IMG/VR virus record: IMGVR_UViG_3300049170_000123
Span: 1-34,076 of that record
Source of the DNA: a virus
Taxonomy: Duplodnaviria > Caudoviricetes
Length of the DNA stretch: 34,076 nucleotides
Strand: one strand, 5' to 3'
Shown here: positions 1 through 8,377 of the stretch, piece after piece
How positions within the stretch are numbered: position 1 is the first letter of the stretch
How the letters are laid out: every line of letters starts with the position of its first letter
Translations under genes and position numbers: made by a program
Notes under the pieces: generated by a model
Told to the model about the DNA's origin: nothing
The model's input: only the letters and a program-made list of their open reading frames with translations
Database searches by the model: none

Positions 1-438
1 GTGACGACCCCCGACGGCATGACCTCCGATGAACGGGCGATCCTCGCTCTCATCGCCGTCGCCCAGAGCGCAGGCCTGGACGCAGCAGCCGAGATCCCCG
101 ACCACGCGCCACCGTCGAGCGTCGACATCCGCGTCATGCGCGACGGACGCGTGGCCGCAGCGGTCCGTGCGCGGATGGACGGCCCCGCCTGGCGGGTGGA
201 AGTACCCGCCCGGCCGCGCGGTGCCCAGGAGCGGCGGGTGCTCACCCGCTACCTCGGCCCGATCGCCGGTCCCATCACGGCGGACACGGTTCGGGCGGTC
301 TGCCTGCCGTGGCTGTCCGCCGTCCCCGACACGGGCCTGGACCCGCTGCCGATCCCGCCCCGAGTCCGCGAGGACGTGCCGGAGTGGATGCGCGTCGACT
401 GGCGGGCGCGCAGCTCCGCGATGGACGGTGCCCGATGA
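1..438 (+). CDS. Hypothetical protein (145 aa)
   Basis: ORF with GC-rich third positions; its stop overlaps the next ATG (ATGA at 435-438). No recognisable motif. Confidence 0.65.
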   Translation: MTTPDGMTSDERAILALIAVAQSAGLDAAAEIPDHAPPSSVDIRVMRDGRVAAAVRARMDGPAWRVEVPARPRGAQERRVLTRYLGPIAGPITADTVRAVCLPWLSAVPDTGLDPLPIPPRVREDVPEWMRVDWRARSSAMDGAR

Positions 439-605
439 GCAGCTGCTCGAACTGCCACACCTCGATCCAGGGGTCGGGCTACACGCGGGACGGCGTTACC
501 TACTGCGGCGCGGAGTGCCACAACCAGGATGTCTTCGACGTGGTCGCACGGTTGATGACCACCAACCCCGACCTCCTCAAGGACGCCGTCGACAGCGACG
601 ACTAG
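435..605 (+). CDS. Small Cys-rich metal-binding protein (56 aa, TRASH/zinc-finger-like)
   Basis: MSSCSNCHTSIQGSGYTRDGVTYCGAECH...: CxxC...YCxxxCH pattern; ATGA coupling to the upstream gene. Confidence 0.65.
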   Translation: MSSCSNCHTSIQGSGYTRDGVTYCGAECHNQDVFDVVARLMTTNPDLLKDAVDSDD

Positions 606-608
606 ACC

Positions 609-687
609 CCCGCGTGCCCGGTGGGTTCCGCCCCGGGCGCGCGGGCTCCAGACGGCCACCCGCGCGTAGGGGGCGCACGCGGTGGCC
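609..687 (+). terminator. Two tandem GC-rich hairpins after the 435-605 gene
   Basis: CCCGCGTGCCCGG (609-621) pairs with CCGGGCGCGCGGG (633-645; one G-U); GGCCACC (654-660) pairs with GGTGGCC (681-687). Confidence 0.45.
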
Positions 688-736
688 AGCGGGACCGCAG
701 GGGGGAAGAAGAGGTACAACTGCGGTCCCGCCCACA

Positions 737-779
737 CGAAAGGACGCCCCGCCCCTCCCGAGCGGGAGAGGTGGGGCGT
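737..779 (-). terminator. Intrinsic terminator of the 784-1329 gene
   Basis: Inverted repeat 744-760 / 763-779 (15/17 match), followed on the minus strand by CCTTTCG, just after the stop codon. Confidence 0.6.
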
Positions 780-783
780 TCAC

Positions 784-1329
784 TCAGACGTTCTCCTCCC
801 CGGAAGGAAGCGAAAGCTGCTGTGGTCCTCCGCCTACCTCACCCTCCAACGCCCTCCAGGCCGCTGCCCAGCGCTGGAAGTCCGCAGAGGTGCCCTCCAG
901 CGACACGACGAAGGCGTTCAGCAGGGAGAACGTGGGCAGCTTGTCGGCCTTGAGCGCCTCACAGAAGCGAGACGAAGACCTGACCCCTACACGGTCCGCC
1001 ATCTCCCGATACGACGGGTTCCCTGCCCACCGCCGGTACCGGCGCATGGTGTCCACGAACTCCGCGACGGTTTTCGCCTTCAGCGGGTCCGGCTTCAGAG
1101 GGTCGCCCGGCAGGTCCTCGGGGATCTCGGGCACGAAGCGCGCTGGCAAGAAGGCCCTCTCTTCGGCCGACCAGGCATAGGTCTTGCCGTCGGGCCGGGG
1201 CGAGTTCTGAATGAGGGTGACGGGGACTTCGCCCCACAGGTTGCCGTCTCGGTCCATGCGGATGTTGCGCGGCGCCACATGAGCCTGGACCACATACCAA
1301 GGCCCCTGACGGGGGATACGCCGATCCAT
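784..1329 (-). CDS. Protein with C-terminal XRE-like helix-turn-helix domain (181 aa)
   Basis: AEFVDTMRRYRRWAGNPSYREMADRVGVRSSSRFCEALKADKLPTF...AFV...RWAAAWRAL resembles actinomycete HTH_31/XRE domains; GGAGG RBS upstream; start overlaps upstream stop. Confidence 0.75.
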   Translation of the reverse strand: MDRRIPRQGPWYVVQAHVAPRNIRMDRDGNLWGEVPVTLIQNSPRPDGKTYAWSAEERAFLPARFVPEIPEDLPGDPLKPDPLKAKTVAEFVDTMRRYRRWAGNPSYREMADRVGVRSSSRFCEALKADKLPTFSLLNAFVVSLEGTSADFQRWAAAWRALEGEVGGGPQQLSLPSGEENV

Positions 1330-1559
1330 CAGCGCACCTCCCGCAGAACAGCCCGGTTCGCGAGGTCCACGGTGGCCCCGATCAAGGCGGTGGCCAGCAA
1401 CAGGGCGGTCGCGAGGTCCTGACCCTGAGAGTGCAGTACGAACGCGATGACGACCACGGCCACCACGATGAGGACACGACCGGACTTGGAGTCCAAGAAA
1501 AGAAAAGCGGTCACGAGGGACCTTTCATGAAGGAATTTCATCATCGGCGTGATGGTCAC
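1329..1559 (-). CDS. Small membrane protein (76 aa, 2 predicted TM segments)
   Basis: Hydrophobic runs VLIVVAVVVIAFVL and LATALLLATALIGATV; AAGGAGGG RBS upstream; coupled to the 784-1329 gene. Confidence 0.7.
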   Translation of the reverse strand: MTITPMMKFLHERSLVTAFLFLDSKSGRVLIVVAVVVIAFVLHSQGQDLATALLLATALIGATVDLANRAVLREVR

Positions 1560-1760
1560 CTAACCCCTCCTTGGTGCATGAGTGCGGCGAGTACCTGGAG
1601 ACGCCTCATGCAGGTAGGGACGTGACTGACGGGCCGATGGGAGCAAAGTACATCAAGACTCTCCCCGTTCACACTGATCTTTTTGGATTATGTCCATCTC
1701 TGGGGGTTATGGGGAGCCAAATCACCAGAGACCGGAAGGTACCAAGGTGGGGCCTGGAGT

Positions 1761-1815
1761 GTTCTCGTGCGTTCGAAAACGTTCGGAAACGTTCTTTCGG
1801 CAACTGGTATCGTTC
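1761..1815 (+). promoter_or_regulatory. Phased GTTC direct repeats plus candidate extended -10 promoter
   Basis: GTTC at 1761, 1771, 1781, 1791 (exact 10-bp period) and at 1812; TG-G-TATCGT at 1805-1813. Confidence 0.5.
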
Positions 1816-1997
1816 GATGCCTTTTGAATCAGGCTCAGTGGGTACAGATGGGTCTGAGGTAAGGACGTGCAGAACCACCATTTTCGGTCGCACATTTACC
1901 CGAGATAGGGCATGATGCGATTGATGAGGGACTCGGCTGGATGACGGCGCGTGCGGGACTGGAGACCTCGCACCGTCGGTGACGGGCCCCTCGACAC

Positions 1998-2034
1998 AAG
2001 GGCCGCCTCTGCCGCTGTGCAGGGGTGGCCCTTT
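1998..2034 (+). terminator. Plus-strand intrinsic terminator-like hairpin
   Basis: AAGGGCCGCCTCTGC (1998-2012) / GCAGGGGTGGCCCTT (2019-2033), 15-bp stem with two G-U pairs that form only on the + strand, ending in TTT. Confidence 0.55.
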
Positions 2035-2108
2035 CCATCTGCCCGTGACTTGTGGTGATGGCTCTTAGCTATGGGTGATGACTCCTGCGGTGGGGTACAT
2101 CCTCGGGA

Positions 2109-2264
2109 GTGGAACCCGCTGATGGCGAAGTCACCGACGAAGGAGCTACTGACGACGAACAGTGGCTCGCTTCCCTGCCGCCCGGCTACCGCGCTCTGGT
2201 CACCATGATGCTCAACCGGCTCATCGACGCCGAGAACGACAGCACACGGTGGCCGCGGACATGA
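2109..2264 (+). CDS. Small acidic hypothetical protein (51 aa; below ORF-track cutoff)
   Basis: Translated by hand: MEPADGEVTDEGATDDEQWLASLPPGYRALVTMMLNRLIDAENDSTRWPRT; GTG start; terminator hairpin 6 nt after the stop. Confidence 0.5.
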   Translation: MEPADGEVTDEGATDDEQWLASLPPGYRALVTMMLNRLIDAENDSTRWPRT

Positions 2265-2270
2265 GAAGAG

Positions 2271-2303
2271 CGCCCCGCTCCACCGTGATGGTGGAGCGGG
2301 GCG
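2271..2303. terminator. Bidirectional terminator between the small + ORF and the holin
   Basis: Perfect 14-bp stem CGCCCCGCTCCACC / GGTGGAGCGGGGCG with a 5-nt loop, between convergent genes. Confidence 0.75.
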
Positions 2304-2318
2304 TAGTGCGTGCCGGGG

Positions 2319-2582
2319 CTACGCGGGGCTGGGCTGGCGACCCTCCCACCGGCGCCACAGGTACGCGGCGACCGGGGGCACGAGCGCCTGGGCGAGCGCG
2401 GCCACGGTGACCACCTCGCCGGTGGAGAACACGTCGGTGACGACCTCGCCCACGACCAGGATCAGGCCAGCGGGAACAGCGCCGATCGCGGTCTGGCCGA
2501 GCGTGCGCCACCCGCGCGAACGGGCGTCCTGGCGAACCTCGGCGGGACTACCCGGCGTCGGCGTCGGAGCTGCGTGCGCCAT
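2319..2582 (-). CDS. Putative holin (87 aa)
   Basis: DARSRGWRTLGQ followed by two hydrophobic segments, the pattern of actinophage holins; directly downstream of the endolysin with overlapping stop/start. Confidence 0.75.
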   Translation of the reverse strand: MAHAAPTPTPGSPAEVRQDARSRGWRTLGQTAIGAVPAGLILVVGEVVTDVFSTGEVVTVAALAQALVPPVAAYLWRRWEGRQPSPA

Positions 2583-3469
2583 CACTTCACCCCCGTGATC
2601 TTCGCGGTGAGGGTCGCGCCCTCCAGGGACGGGGCGGGCGCGGTGCCCGTGGACCCGCCGTCCTCCGCGCGGGCCACACGGTACTGCTCGCGGAACCACG
2701 CCTGCCGGAGCTGGTTGGTCGCCCAGTAGGTGATGACGCTGCCGTCGGAGACCGTCGAGCCCACGGAGCGGCGGGCGTCCAGCACGGCATCGGTGACGCC
2801 CTTGCCGTACACGCCGTCCCAGCCGCCCGCACTGGTGTAGGAGTTGGCCGGAGGAAATCCGGCCTCGTGGAGGAAGAGCTGGAGGTCCTGCACCCGGGGG
2901 CCCTTGTCGCCTTCGCGGAGTCCGAGCATGCTGTCCATTCCCATCTGGTCGGTGATCGCCCCGGGGGGCTTGGTGAACGTGCCGTCGCGGACGAGGTCAT
3001 ACGCGTCGTCGCCGGGGCACGAGGTGGCGACGAAGTCGCGGTGTCCGAGCACCGTTCCGGCGATGGACGTGTCCGGTTCCATCAGCCACTGGCGGAGCGC
3101 CCGGACGGCGTTGATCTGCTCCGGGGTGATGACGTCGGTGGGACCGGTGGCCAGGGTCACCGAGTAGTGGGAGGTGTTGCCCCCCGGCTGGGCCGCCTGC
3201 TCCCGGTGCAGGCCTCGGCCCTCGATGACGTAGCCATGGCTACAACTGAAAAACGAGTAGCCAATGTCGGCCCACCCTCGGGAGGGGCCGGTGTGGAAGG
3301 AGCGGGTGTCGCGCCAGTATTTGAGGCAGGCCGCATGCTCCTTCGCGGCCAGCCCCTGGTCGACGCTGTCGTAGTGGATGACCAGTCCGGATCGGGGATT
3401 GGCCCGGTTCGCTGGGGATGGTCCCCAGCCGAGATCGGACCGGCTGACGTACTTAGGTGGTCGGGGCAT
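2582..3469 (-). CDS. Endolysin: N-acetylmuramoyl-L-alanine amidase (Amidase_2/PGRP-like) with peptidoglycan-binding domain
   Basis: VIHY, RGWADIGYSF and GHRDFVATSCPG zinc-amidase motifs; C-terminal LREGDKGPRVQDLQ...DGVYG PG_binding_1-like segment; GGAGG RBS before ATG at 3469. Confidence 0.92.
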   Translation of the reverse strand: MPRPPKYVSRSDLGWGPSPANRANPRSGLVIHYDSVDQGLAAKEHAACLKYWRDTRSFHTGPSRGWADIGYSFFSCSHGYVIEGRGLHREQAAQPGGNTSHYSVTLATGPTDVITPEQINAVRALRQWLMEPDTSIAGTVLGHRDFVATSCPGDDAYDLVRDGTFTKPPGAITDQMGMDSMLGLREGDKGPRVQDLQLFLHEAGFPPANSYTSAGGWDGVYGKGVTDAVLDARRSVGSTVSDGSVITYWATNQLRQAWFREQYRVARAEDGGSTGTAPAPSLEGATLTAKITGVK

Positions 3470-3479
3470 CAAGCCTCCA

Positions 3480-3514
3480 GGGCATGACGAAGGGCCCGCC
3501 ATCAAGACGGGCCC
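3480..3514 (-). terminator. Hairpin + CCTTCGTCATGCCC element upstream of endolysin
   Basis: Minus strand reads GGGCCCGTC-TTGAT-GGCGGGCCC-TTCGTCATGCCC, then the RBS. Confidence 0.6.
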
Positions 3515-3529
3515 GGGTGAGTGGTGGGG

Positions 3530-3814
3530 TCAGAAGAACACGGCGATGAGCAGGGCCGTCGAAGACGCCGAGAGGATGGCCAGGGCCGCGAGGATCACGG
3601 TCAGCCACCCCCGCAAGTTCGTCTGCCGGGCGATGGCCCGCCCGTCCGCGATCGTGGCCACGCGCTCTTCGGTGAGCGCTCCCTGCTCCAGGGCGCGGAT
3701 GCGTGCTTCGTGGTCGGCCACGTCGGACAGGGCCGTGTCGAGCTTGATCTCGATGCGCACCAAGCGGTCCAGAACCTCGCGGTCGGTCGGTGGCTGTAGC
3801 GGTGTGGCGGTCAC
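3530..3814 (-). CDS. Coiled-coil protein with C-terminal TM anchor (lysis-module accessory, 94 aa)
   Basis: RLVRIEIKLD...DHEARIRALE coiled coil plus a hydrophobic C-terminus; typical position before the endolysin; GTGA overlap. Confidence 0.75.
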   Translation of the reverse strand: MTATPLQPPTDREVLDRLVRIEIKLDTALSDVADHEARIRALEQGALTEERVATIADGRAIARQTNLRGWLTVILAALAILSASSTALLIAVFF

Positions 3815-4272
3815 TCGTCCACCTCGTATCGGCCGGACAGCAACAGCAGGTCGCCGTCGCGCCACGGCTGGCCGCCGTACCCGGACGCGCCGAGGCCGGA
3901 GCTGCTGCCATCAGCGATCCTCACGAGTCCGGTGCTAAAGAGCATCACTCCGAAGCCGTGCCTGTTGCCGTTGATCTGGATCACGCACTGGGCGACCGAG
4001 CCGAAGTTCGACCCGGCGCCCCAGCTCCTCGGCGGGATGGGCAGACCGAAGTCGAAGATGCCCGCCCCGGCGTTCGTGCTGCTGCCCCACACGATGCGGA
4101 GCATGAAGTCCAGGGTGTTCCCCACCCTCATGTACCGGCCGATGAGCTGGCCGTTGCCCACGATGGGGTTGATGGTGGAGGCGGTCCAGGACGGGGTGTA
4201 GGCCTGCCACACTCCCTGTCCGGCACGGAGCCTCTCGGCGGTGATGCGCTGCCCGGCGAGCCAGTCGGCCAC
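3811..4272 (-). CDS. Minor tail / tail fibre-associated protein (153 aa)
   Basis: WLAGQRITAERL N-terminus and WQAYTPSWTA...GNG.L.GRY....FGLP...G.YE pattern typical of actinophage tail-tip proteins; position after the hub. Confidence 0.7.
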   Translation of the reverse strand: MADWLAGQRITAERLRAGQGVWQAYTPSWTASTINPIVGNGQLIGRYMRVGNTLDFMLRIVWGSSTNAGAGIFDFGLPIPPRSWGAGSNFGSVAQCVIQINGNRHGFGVMLFSTGLVRIADGSSSGLGASGYGGQPWRDGDLLLLSGRYEVDE

Positions 4273-4291
4273 GGGCGATCACCTCCTCTCT

Positions 4292-7200
4292 CTACAGGGC
4301 CACGACCGCGGCCTGGGCCAGGCGCACGCCCGTGCCCGCAGCATGGCTCTTGACGATGTTGTTGATGGAGCGGGTGACGATCAGCGACTGCGGGAAGCCG
4401 GTCGTCCCGTCGCCGACGACCTGGGTGACCCGGACGATCTCGCCACCCACGACCACGTCGACGGGCATGTCCGCCGGGTCCGTGGTCCACGGCGGCCCCT
4501 GCACGGTGGACACCGGCAGGTGCGTCTCCTCCGCGTCGACGTCGAACGCCAGCACGGAGCCGGAGGTGTCGGCGCGGTCCGGGGCGGACGGGTCCACCTC
4601 GGCCGGGGCCGACTCGGCGACCACTCCCACCGTCCACGCCGAGGCCGGGGTGCACGTCAGGGTCAGCTCCCACACGAAGGCCCCGATGCGCTCCTCATAT
4701 CCCTGCACGATCAGGTCCAGATCCTGGGCCTGGGTCCAGTGCGGCGGGTGGAGGATGCGGATGCGGTCCCCAGCGTCCAGGCCGAGGATCGCCGGGATGT
4801 GCTCGCGCATGCGCGGGTTGGCGAGGTTGACCCGGATGGACGGCCAGCGGAGTTCGTCCACCGTGCCGAGGTGGAGACGCCACCCGGCCTGGTCGGCCAG
4901 CTGGCCGTCCGACGCCAGGGACAGGGTCACGGACTCGTCGTAGCGGCCGACGACGTTCACGCCCAGGGGGCCGTCCTCGTCCACCACGTGGAAGGACGAA
5001 CCGTGGTCGCGTTTGACCTCGACGTCGTTCCTGAGGTTCTGGTCGTCGTCCACGGGCTCGACGGGATCGCTGATGTGCCCCGACCGGTAGTCCAAGGTGA
5101 TGACCGGCGGCCGGTTGTACAGGTCCTGGCGGGCCCGGTACAGAAGACCCAGCTGGTTCCGGGGCTCACCGGGCACGCCCAGGTCCGCGTCCATCGCCGC
5201 GCCGACCCCGTCCAGGAACGTGCCCGCGGGCTCCGGCCCGAGCGGGGTGTCGGCGTCCCCGACCACTAGGACCGGCACCTGCTCGCCCACCGCCAGCCGG
5301 GAGAGCCGGTCCGCGGTCGTCTCCCCGGCGTACCCCGACCCAGCCAGGAAGTACGCCGTCGCCGCGTGGCTGCCCCACACGGTGATGTGCCCGATCGACA
5401 GATCCCCCAGCTCTGTGCCGAACCGGGTGTCGATCCGGTTGAGGGAGCCCACGCCGGGCCCGTGCGTGTAGGAGCGCCACCCGCCCCGGTAGGCCCCGGT
5501 CGACCTGCTCAGGTCGAGCACCTGGGCCTCGGTGACGTACTGCGCCCCGTTCGGGTAGGAGCGCAGGCGGAGCCTGTTCCACTGGCCCAGCACCACCGGG
5601 GGCTGCGTCCCGTCGATGTAGAACGTCGCGGGGGTGGCCAGCGGTTGCCCGTCCAGGTCGGTCATGTTCAGCACCATGATGGGGCGTCCATCGGTCCACC
5701 GCCGGGTGGCCACCCACGCCCGCATCGTGGACGTGGTCACGTCGAGCAGCATCTGGTCCGCGGTCGCCTCGGGGGCCTCCTCCAGCCGGAACAGCATGTC
5801 CACCTCCCACGCGCCGCTGGCGGCGGACGGGATGGGCCCGGACACCAGGCGGGCGCCGGGGCGCACCTTGGGCAGCGGCCCGGACGAGATGAGCGTGTCG
5901 TCCTCGGCGTAGGTCAGCCCGCTGGTGGTCAGCGGCCCGGTGTGCCCGGTGACCTCCGCGGCCTGGGTGGAGAGCGACCCGTCCTCCATCGGCCAGTACG
6001 CCAACGGCCTATACCCCGGAACCGCCCGCCGGAGCGAGGACGCCAGAGGCTTCGCCCCCTGGCCCAGGCGCCGGCCGATTCCCGCGGCCTGGATGGGTAC
6101 CCAGATGTCCGAGTCGGACAGGTCCCACCGTGGCGGCCACGAGGAGATCTCCCCGACGAAGCGCACCCCGACGTCCTCGGGGACCGGGGTGCGGATGGCC
6201 AGGTCCCGCACGGCCACGATGGTGGGCATCGGGGTGGTGTCCGCGTCTGCGGTGACCAGACCGCCGAAGGAGAGCGGGCCGCCCGTGGTGATCGCGGTGG
6301 TGTAGGCCTGACCCAGCCACGTCGGCGGCTCCGGGTCACCGTCCCGCCACACCTTCAGCTTGACCTCGGGTCCTACCGCCAGCAGGCGGCACCGCACCCA
6401 CTCGCCCACGGCGTAGGTCAGCCCGGGGGCGATGGAGTCGACGGGGGTCAGCGCGGTCTCCTGCCCGCCGTCCTGGACGCGCAGGTACCCGGAGACGTAG
6501 CACCGGCCGTCCGGCGACCCGGAGAACGCCCTCACGGACACGCCCGCGTACAGCGCGTCCAGACCCCCCTGGTGGCGCACGCCCACGTTGCAGTACGTGG
6601 CGCCCGGCAGTGCCCCGGTGGGCAGCTCGGACAGCTGGAACGCCCAGGTGACGTCCAGGTCCGCGGGGACGCTGGCGGTGGTGATCGTGCGGACGTGGAT
6701 GCCCACGTTGTCCGCCTTCATGTAGCCCGCGCCGGGGGTGGTCCAGAAGTCCTCGGGGCCGCCGCTGCTCCTGACCCAGGTCTGGCCGGTGTCGGCGGTC
6801 CCCCATGTCTCCGTGGTGGTCCGGTCGAAGGTGTCGCGCAGCAGGGTGACGCCGGGGTCGGGCAGGTCGACCGCCCGCACCCTGATGGGGGTGTTGCGGC
6901 CGAGGCTCCCGTAGTACTTCCCCATGGGGTTGCGCGGTGAGTAGTCGCCGTGGCGGTTGTTGAGCAGCAGCGACAGCGACGATGGGTCCGCGCGCGCCGC
7001 CTCATCGGCCCGGCCCCTGCGGATCAGCAGATCCTCGCGCACGCGCACGTCCCGCGTGATGGGCACCCACTCGCCGTCGAGCTGGAGTTCCACGGTGAGC
7101 AGCGGCGGGAACGTCGGCGGCCTGGACGCGGCGATCGCCACCGGCGGGGCCGCCAGTGGCAGCGTCGCCGACACCGGCAGGAAGGCGTTGCGCTCCACCT

Positions 7201-7981
7201 CCACCGGGCCCGTCTCCACGCCCAGGGCCCCGGCGGCGGACACGGTGGCGTGCCGGGAGAGCGTCGCCGACCCGGCCACCGCCAGTGACCCCTCGGCGAC
7301 GATCGTGCCGGGGTCCAGGTCCGCGGTCACGTCCGCCGTGCCCGCCACCGGCAGGACCCCCTCAGCGGACAGCTGGCGGTGGGTCGGCCAAGGTCCGAGC
7401 CATTCGCCCTCGCCGACACGGATCTGGTCGACGTACACGTTGGCGCCGGTGCCGCCCTGAGTGAACAGGCCACCGACCGTGCCCCCGGCTCGGGCCAGGG
7501 TGACGGAATGATCCGGGGCGCCTGTCGACTGCGGGTCCGTCCAGTACAGACGGCCCGCGATCTCGGTGGCGCTCACGATCGCCTCGACCCGCACCCACCG
7601 GTCGAACAGCTGGGACACGATCGCCGAGTCCAACGCCTGCCCAGCGAAGAAGGACGCGCTGGCCGTGGCCAGGTACAGCTCCGCGATGTTGTTCGCGTCA
7701 CGCAGTCGCACCCACCCGCCGTTGGTCAGGTACAGGTAGAAGCTCACCGAGTAGGCGTTGGCCGTGGGGTAGTACAGCCACACGTCCCCGTGCGTGACCG
7801 CGTCGGGGGTGCCCAGCTGCATGGACGCGGCGCCCATCGCCGCCCGGTTGCCGTAGCGGACCGAGTTCGCTGGCGGGTTGTTGCGCAGGCTGGCGATCGG
7901 GTTGCCCCAGCTGGCGCTGTTGGCGACCGTGATGTTCGTGCCCGACGTCCCGTCGAGCCTGTTCTGCCAGACCACGGCCAT
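4292..7981 (-). CDS. Large mosaic minor tail (hub/adhesin) protein (1229 aa)
   Basis: Contains VELQLDGEWVPITRDVR...LLNNRHGDYSPRNP...GRNTPIRV, LAYWPMEDG and C-terminal TRSINNIVKSHAAG segments typical of actinophage minor tail proteins; located downstream of the tape measure. Confidence 0.85.
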   Translation of the reverse strand: MAVVWQNRLDGTSGTNITVANSASWGNPIASLRNNPPANSVRYGNRAAMGAASMQLGTPDAVTHGDVWLYYPTANAYSVSFYLYLTNGGWVRLRDANNIAELYLATASASFFAGQALDSAIVSQLFDRWVRVEAIVSATEIAGRLYWTDPQSTGAPDHSVTLARAGGTVGGLFTQGGTGANVYVDQIRVGEGEWLGPWPTHRQLSAEGVLPVAGTADVTADLDPGTIVAEGSLAVAGSATLSRHATVSAAGALGVETGPVEVERNAFLPVSATLPLAAPPVAIAASRPPTFPPLLTVELQLDGEWVPITRDVRVREDLLIRRGRADEAARADPSSLSLLLNNRHGDYSPRNPMGKYYGSLGRNTPIRVRAVDLPDPGVTLLRDTFDRTTTETWGTADTGQTWVRSSGGPEDFWTTPGAGYMKADNVGIHVRTITTASVPADLDVTWAFQLSELPTGALPGATYCNVGVRHQGGLDALYAGVSVRAFSGSPDGRCYVSGYLRVQDGGQETALTPVDSIAPGLTYAVGEWVRCRLLAVGPEVKLKVWRDGDPEPPTWLGQAYTTAITTGGPLSFGGLVTADADTTPMPTIVAVRDLAIRTPVPEDVGVRFVGEISSWPPRWDLSDSDIWVPIQAAGIGRRLGQGAKPLASSLRRAVPGYRPLAYWPMEDGSLSTQAAEVTGHTGPLTTSGLTYAEDDTLISSGPLPKVRPGARLVSGPIPSAASGAWEVDMLFRLEEAPEATADQMLLDVTTSTMRAWVATRRWTDGRPIMVLNMTDLDGQPLATPATFYIDGTQPPVVLGQWNRLRLRSYPNGAQYVTEAQVLDLSRSTGAYRGGWRSYTHGPGVGSLNRIDTRFGTELGDLSIGHITVWGSHAATAYFLAGSGYAGETTADRLSRLAVGEQVPVLVVGDADTPLGPEPAGTFLDGVGAAMDADLGVPGEPRNQLGLLYRARQDLYNRPPVITLDYRSGHISDPVEPVDDDQNLRNDVEVKRDHGSSFHVVDEDGPLGVNVVGRYDESVTLSLASDGQLADQAGWRLHLGTVDELRWPSIRVNLANPRMREHIPAILGLDAGDRIRILHPPHWTQAQDLDLIVQGYEERIGAFVWELTLTCTPASAWTVGVVAESAPAEVDPSAPDRADTSGSVLAFDVDAEETHLPVSTVQGPPWTTDPADMPVDVVVGGEIVRVTQVVGDGTTGFPQSLIVTRSINNIVKSHAAGTGVRLAQAAVVAL

Positions 7982-7996
7982 GGCGGTGTCCCCTTC

Positions 7997-8377
7997 CTAC
8001 GCCGAGGCGATGGACGCGGTCAGGACCCCGGTAGCCATGTCCAGGCTCAGCGGCTCCACCGTGGCCGTGCCCGGGGACGGGAACGGCTGCGGGACTGCCG
8101 CCTCGATGCCGCCCAGCCACGCCCCGGCCGAGGACCACAGACCGACGTGGGTGATCTGCCCGCTGCCGAGGCCGGGCACGTCGAACACGATCGCGTCGGC
8201 GGCGCGCACGGCCCCGTCAGCGGGGGGCTGCCACGTCACCGCCTGCCGGGCGTAGCCGCCGCCGGTCACCTCGGCGGTCCCGGTGGCCCCGGGGTCGGCT
8301 GTGTGCAGGGAGGCCTCCACGGCGGTGGTCGCGGCGGCGGACAGCATCGGGTGGTACAAGGCGTTGGTGAAGGCCAC
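7997..8377 (-). CDS. Small virion/tail-fibre-associated protein (126 aa)
   Basis: SLHTADPGATGTAEVTGGGYARQAVTW...FDVP....ITHVGLWS motif seen in phage tail-region proteins; GTG overlaps the tape measure stop; AAGGA RBS. Confidence 0.7.
   Translation of the reverse strand: MAFTNALYHPMLSAAATTAVEASLHTADPGATGTAEVTGGGYARQAVTWQPPADGAVRAADAIVFDVPGLGSGQITHVGLWSSAGAWLGGIEAAVPQPFPSPGTATVEPLSLDMATGVLTASIASA

Noticed and set aside
29-1422. 383-aa and 246-aa + strand ORFs at the left end
   Set aside because: Overlap better-supported genes and terminator hairpins; R/P/G-rich with no motifs.
1770-1795. SOS (LexA) box
   Set aside because: Spacing does not match GAAC-N4-GTTC; kept only as phased direct repeats.
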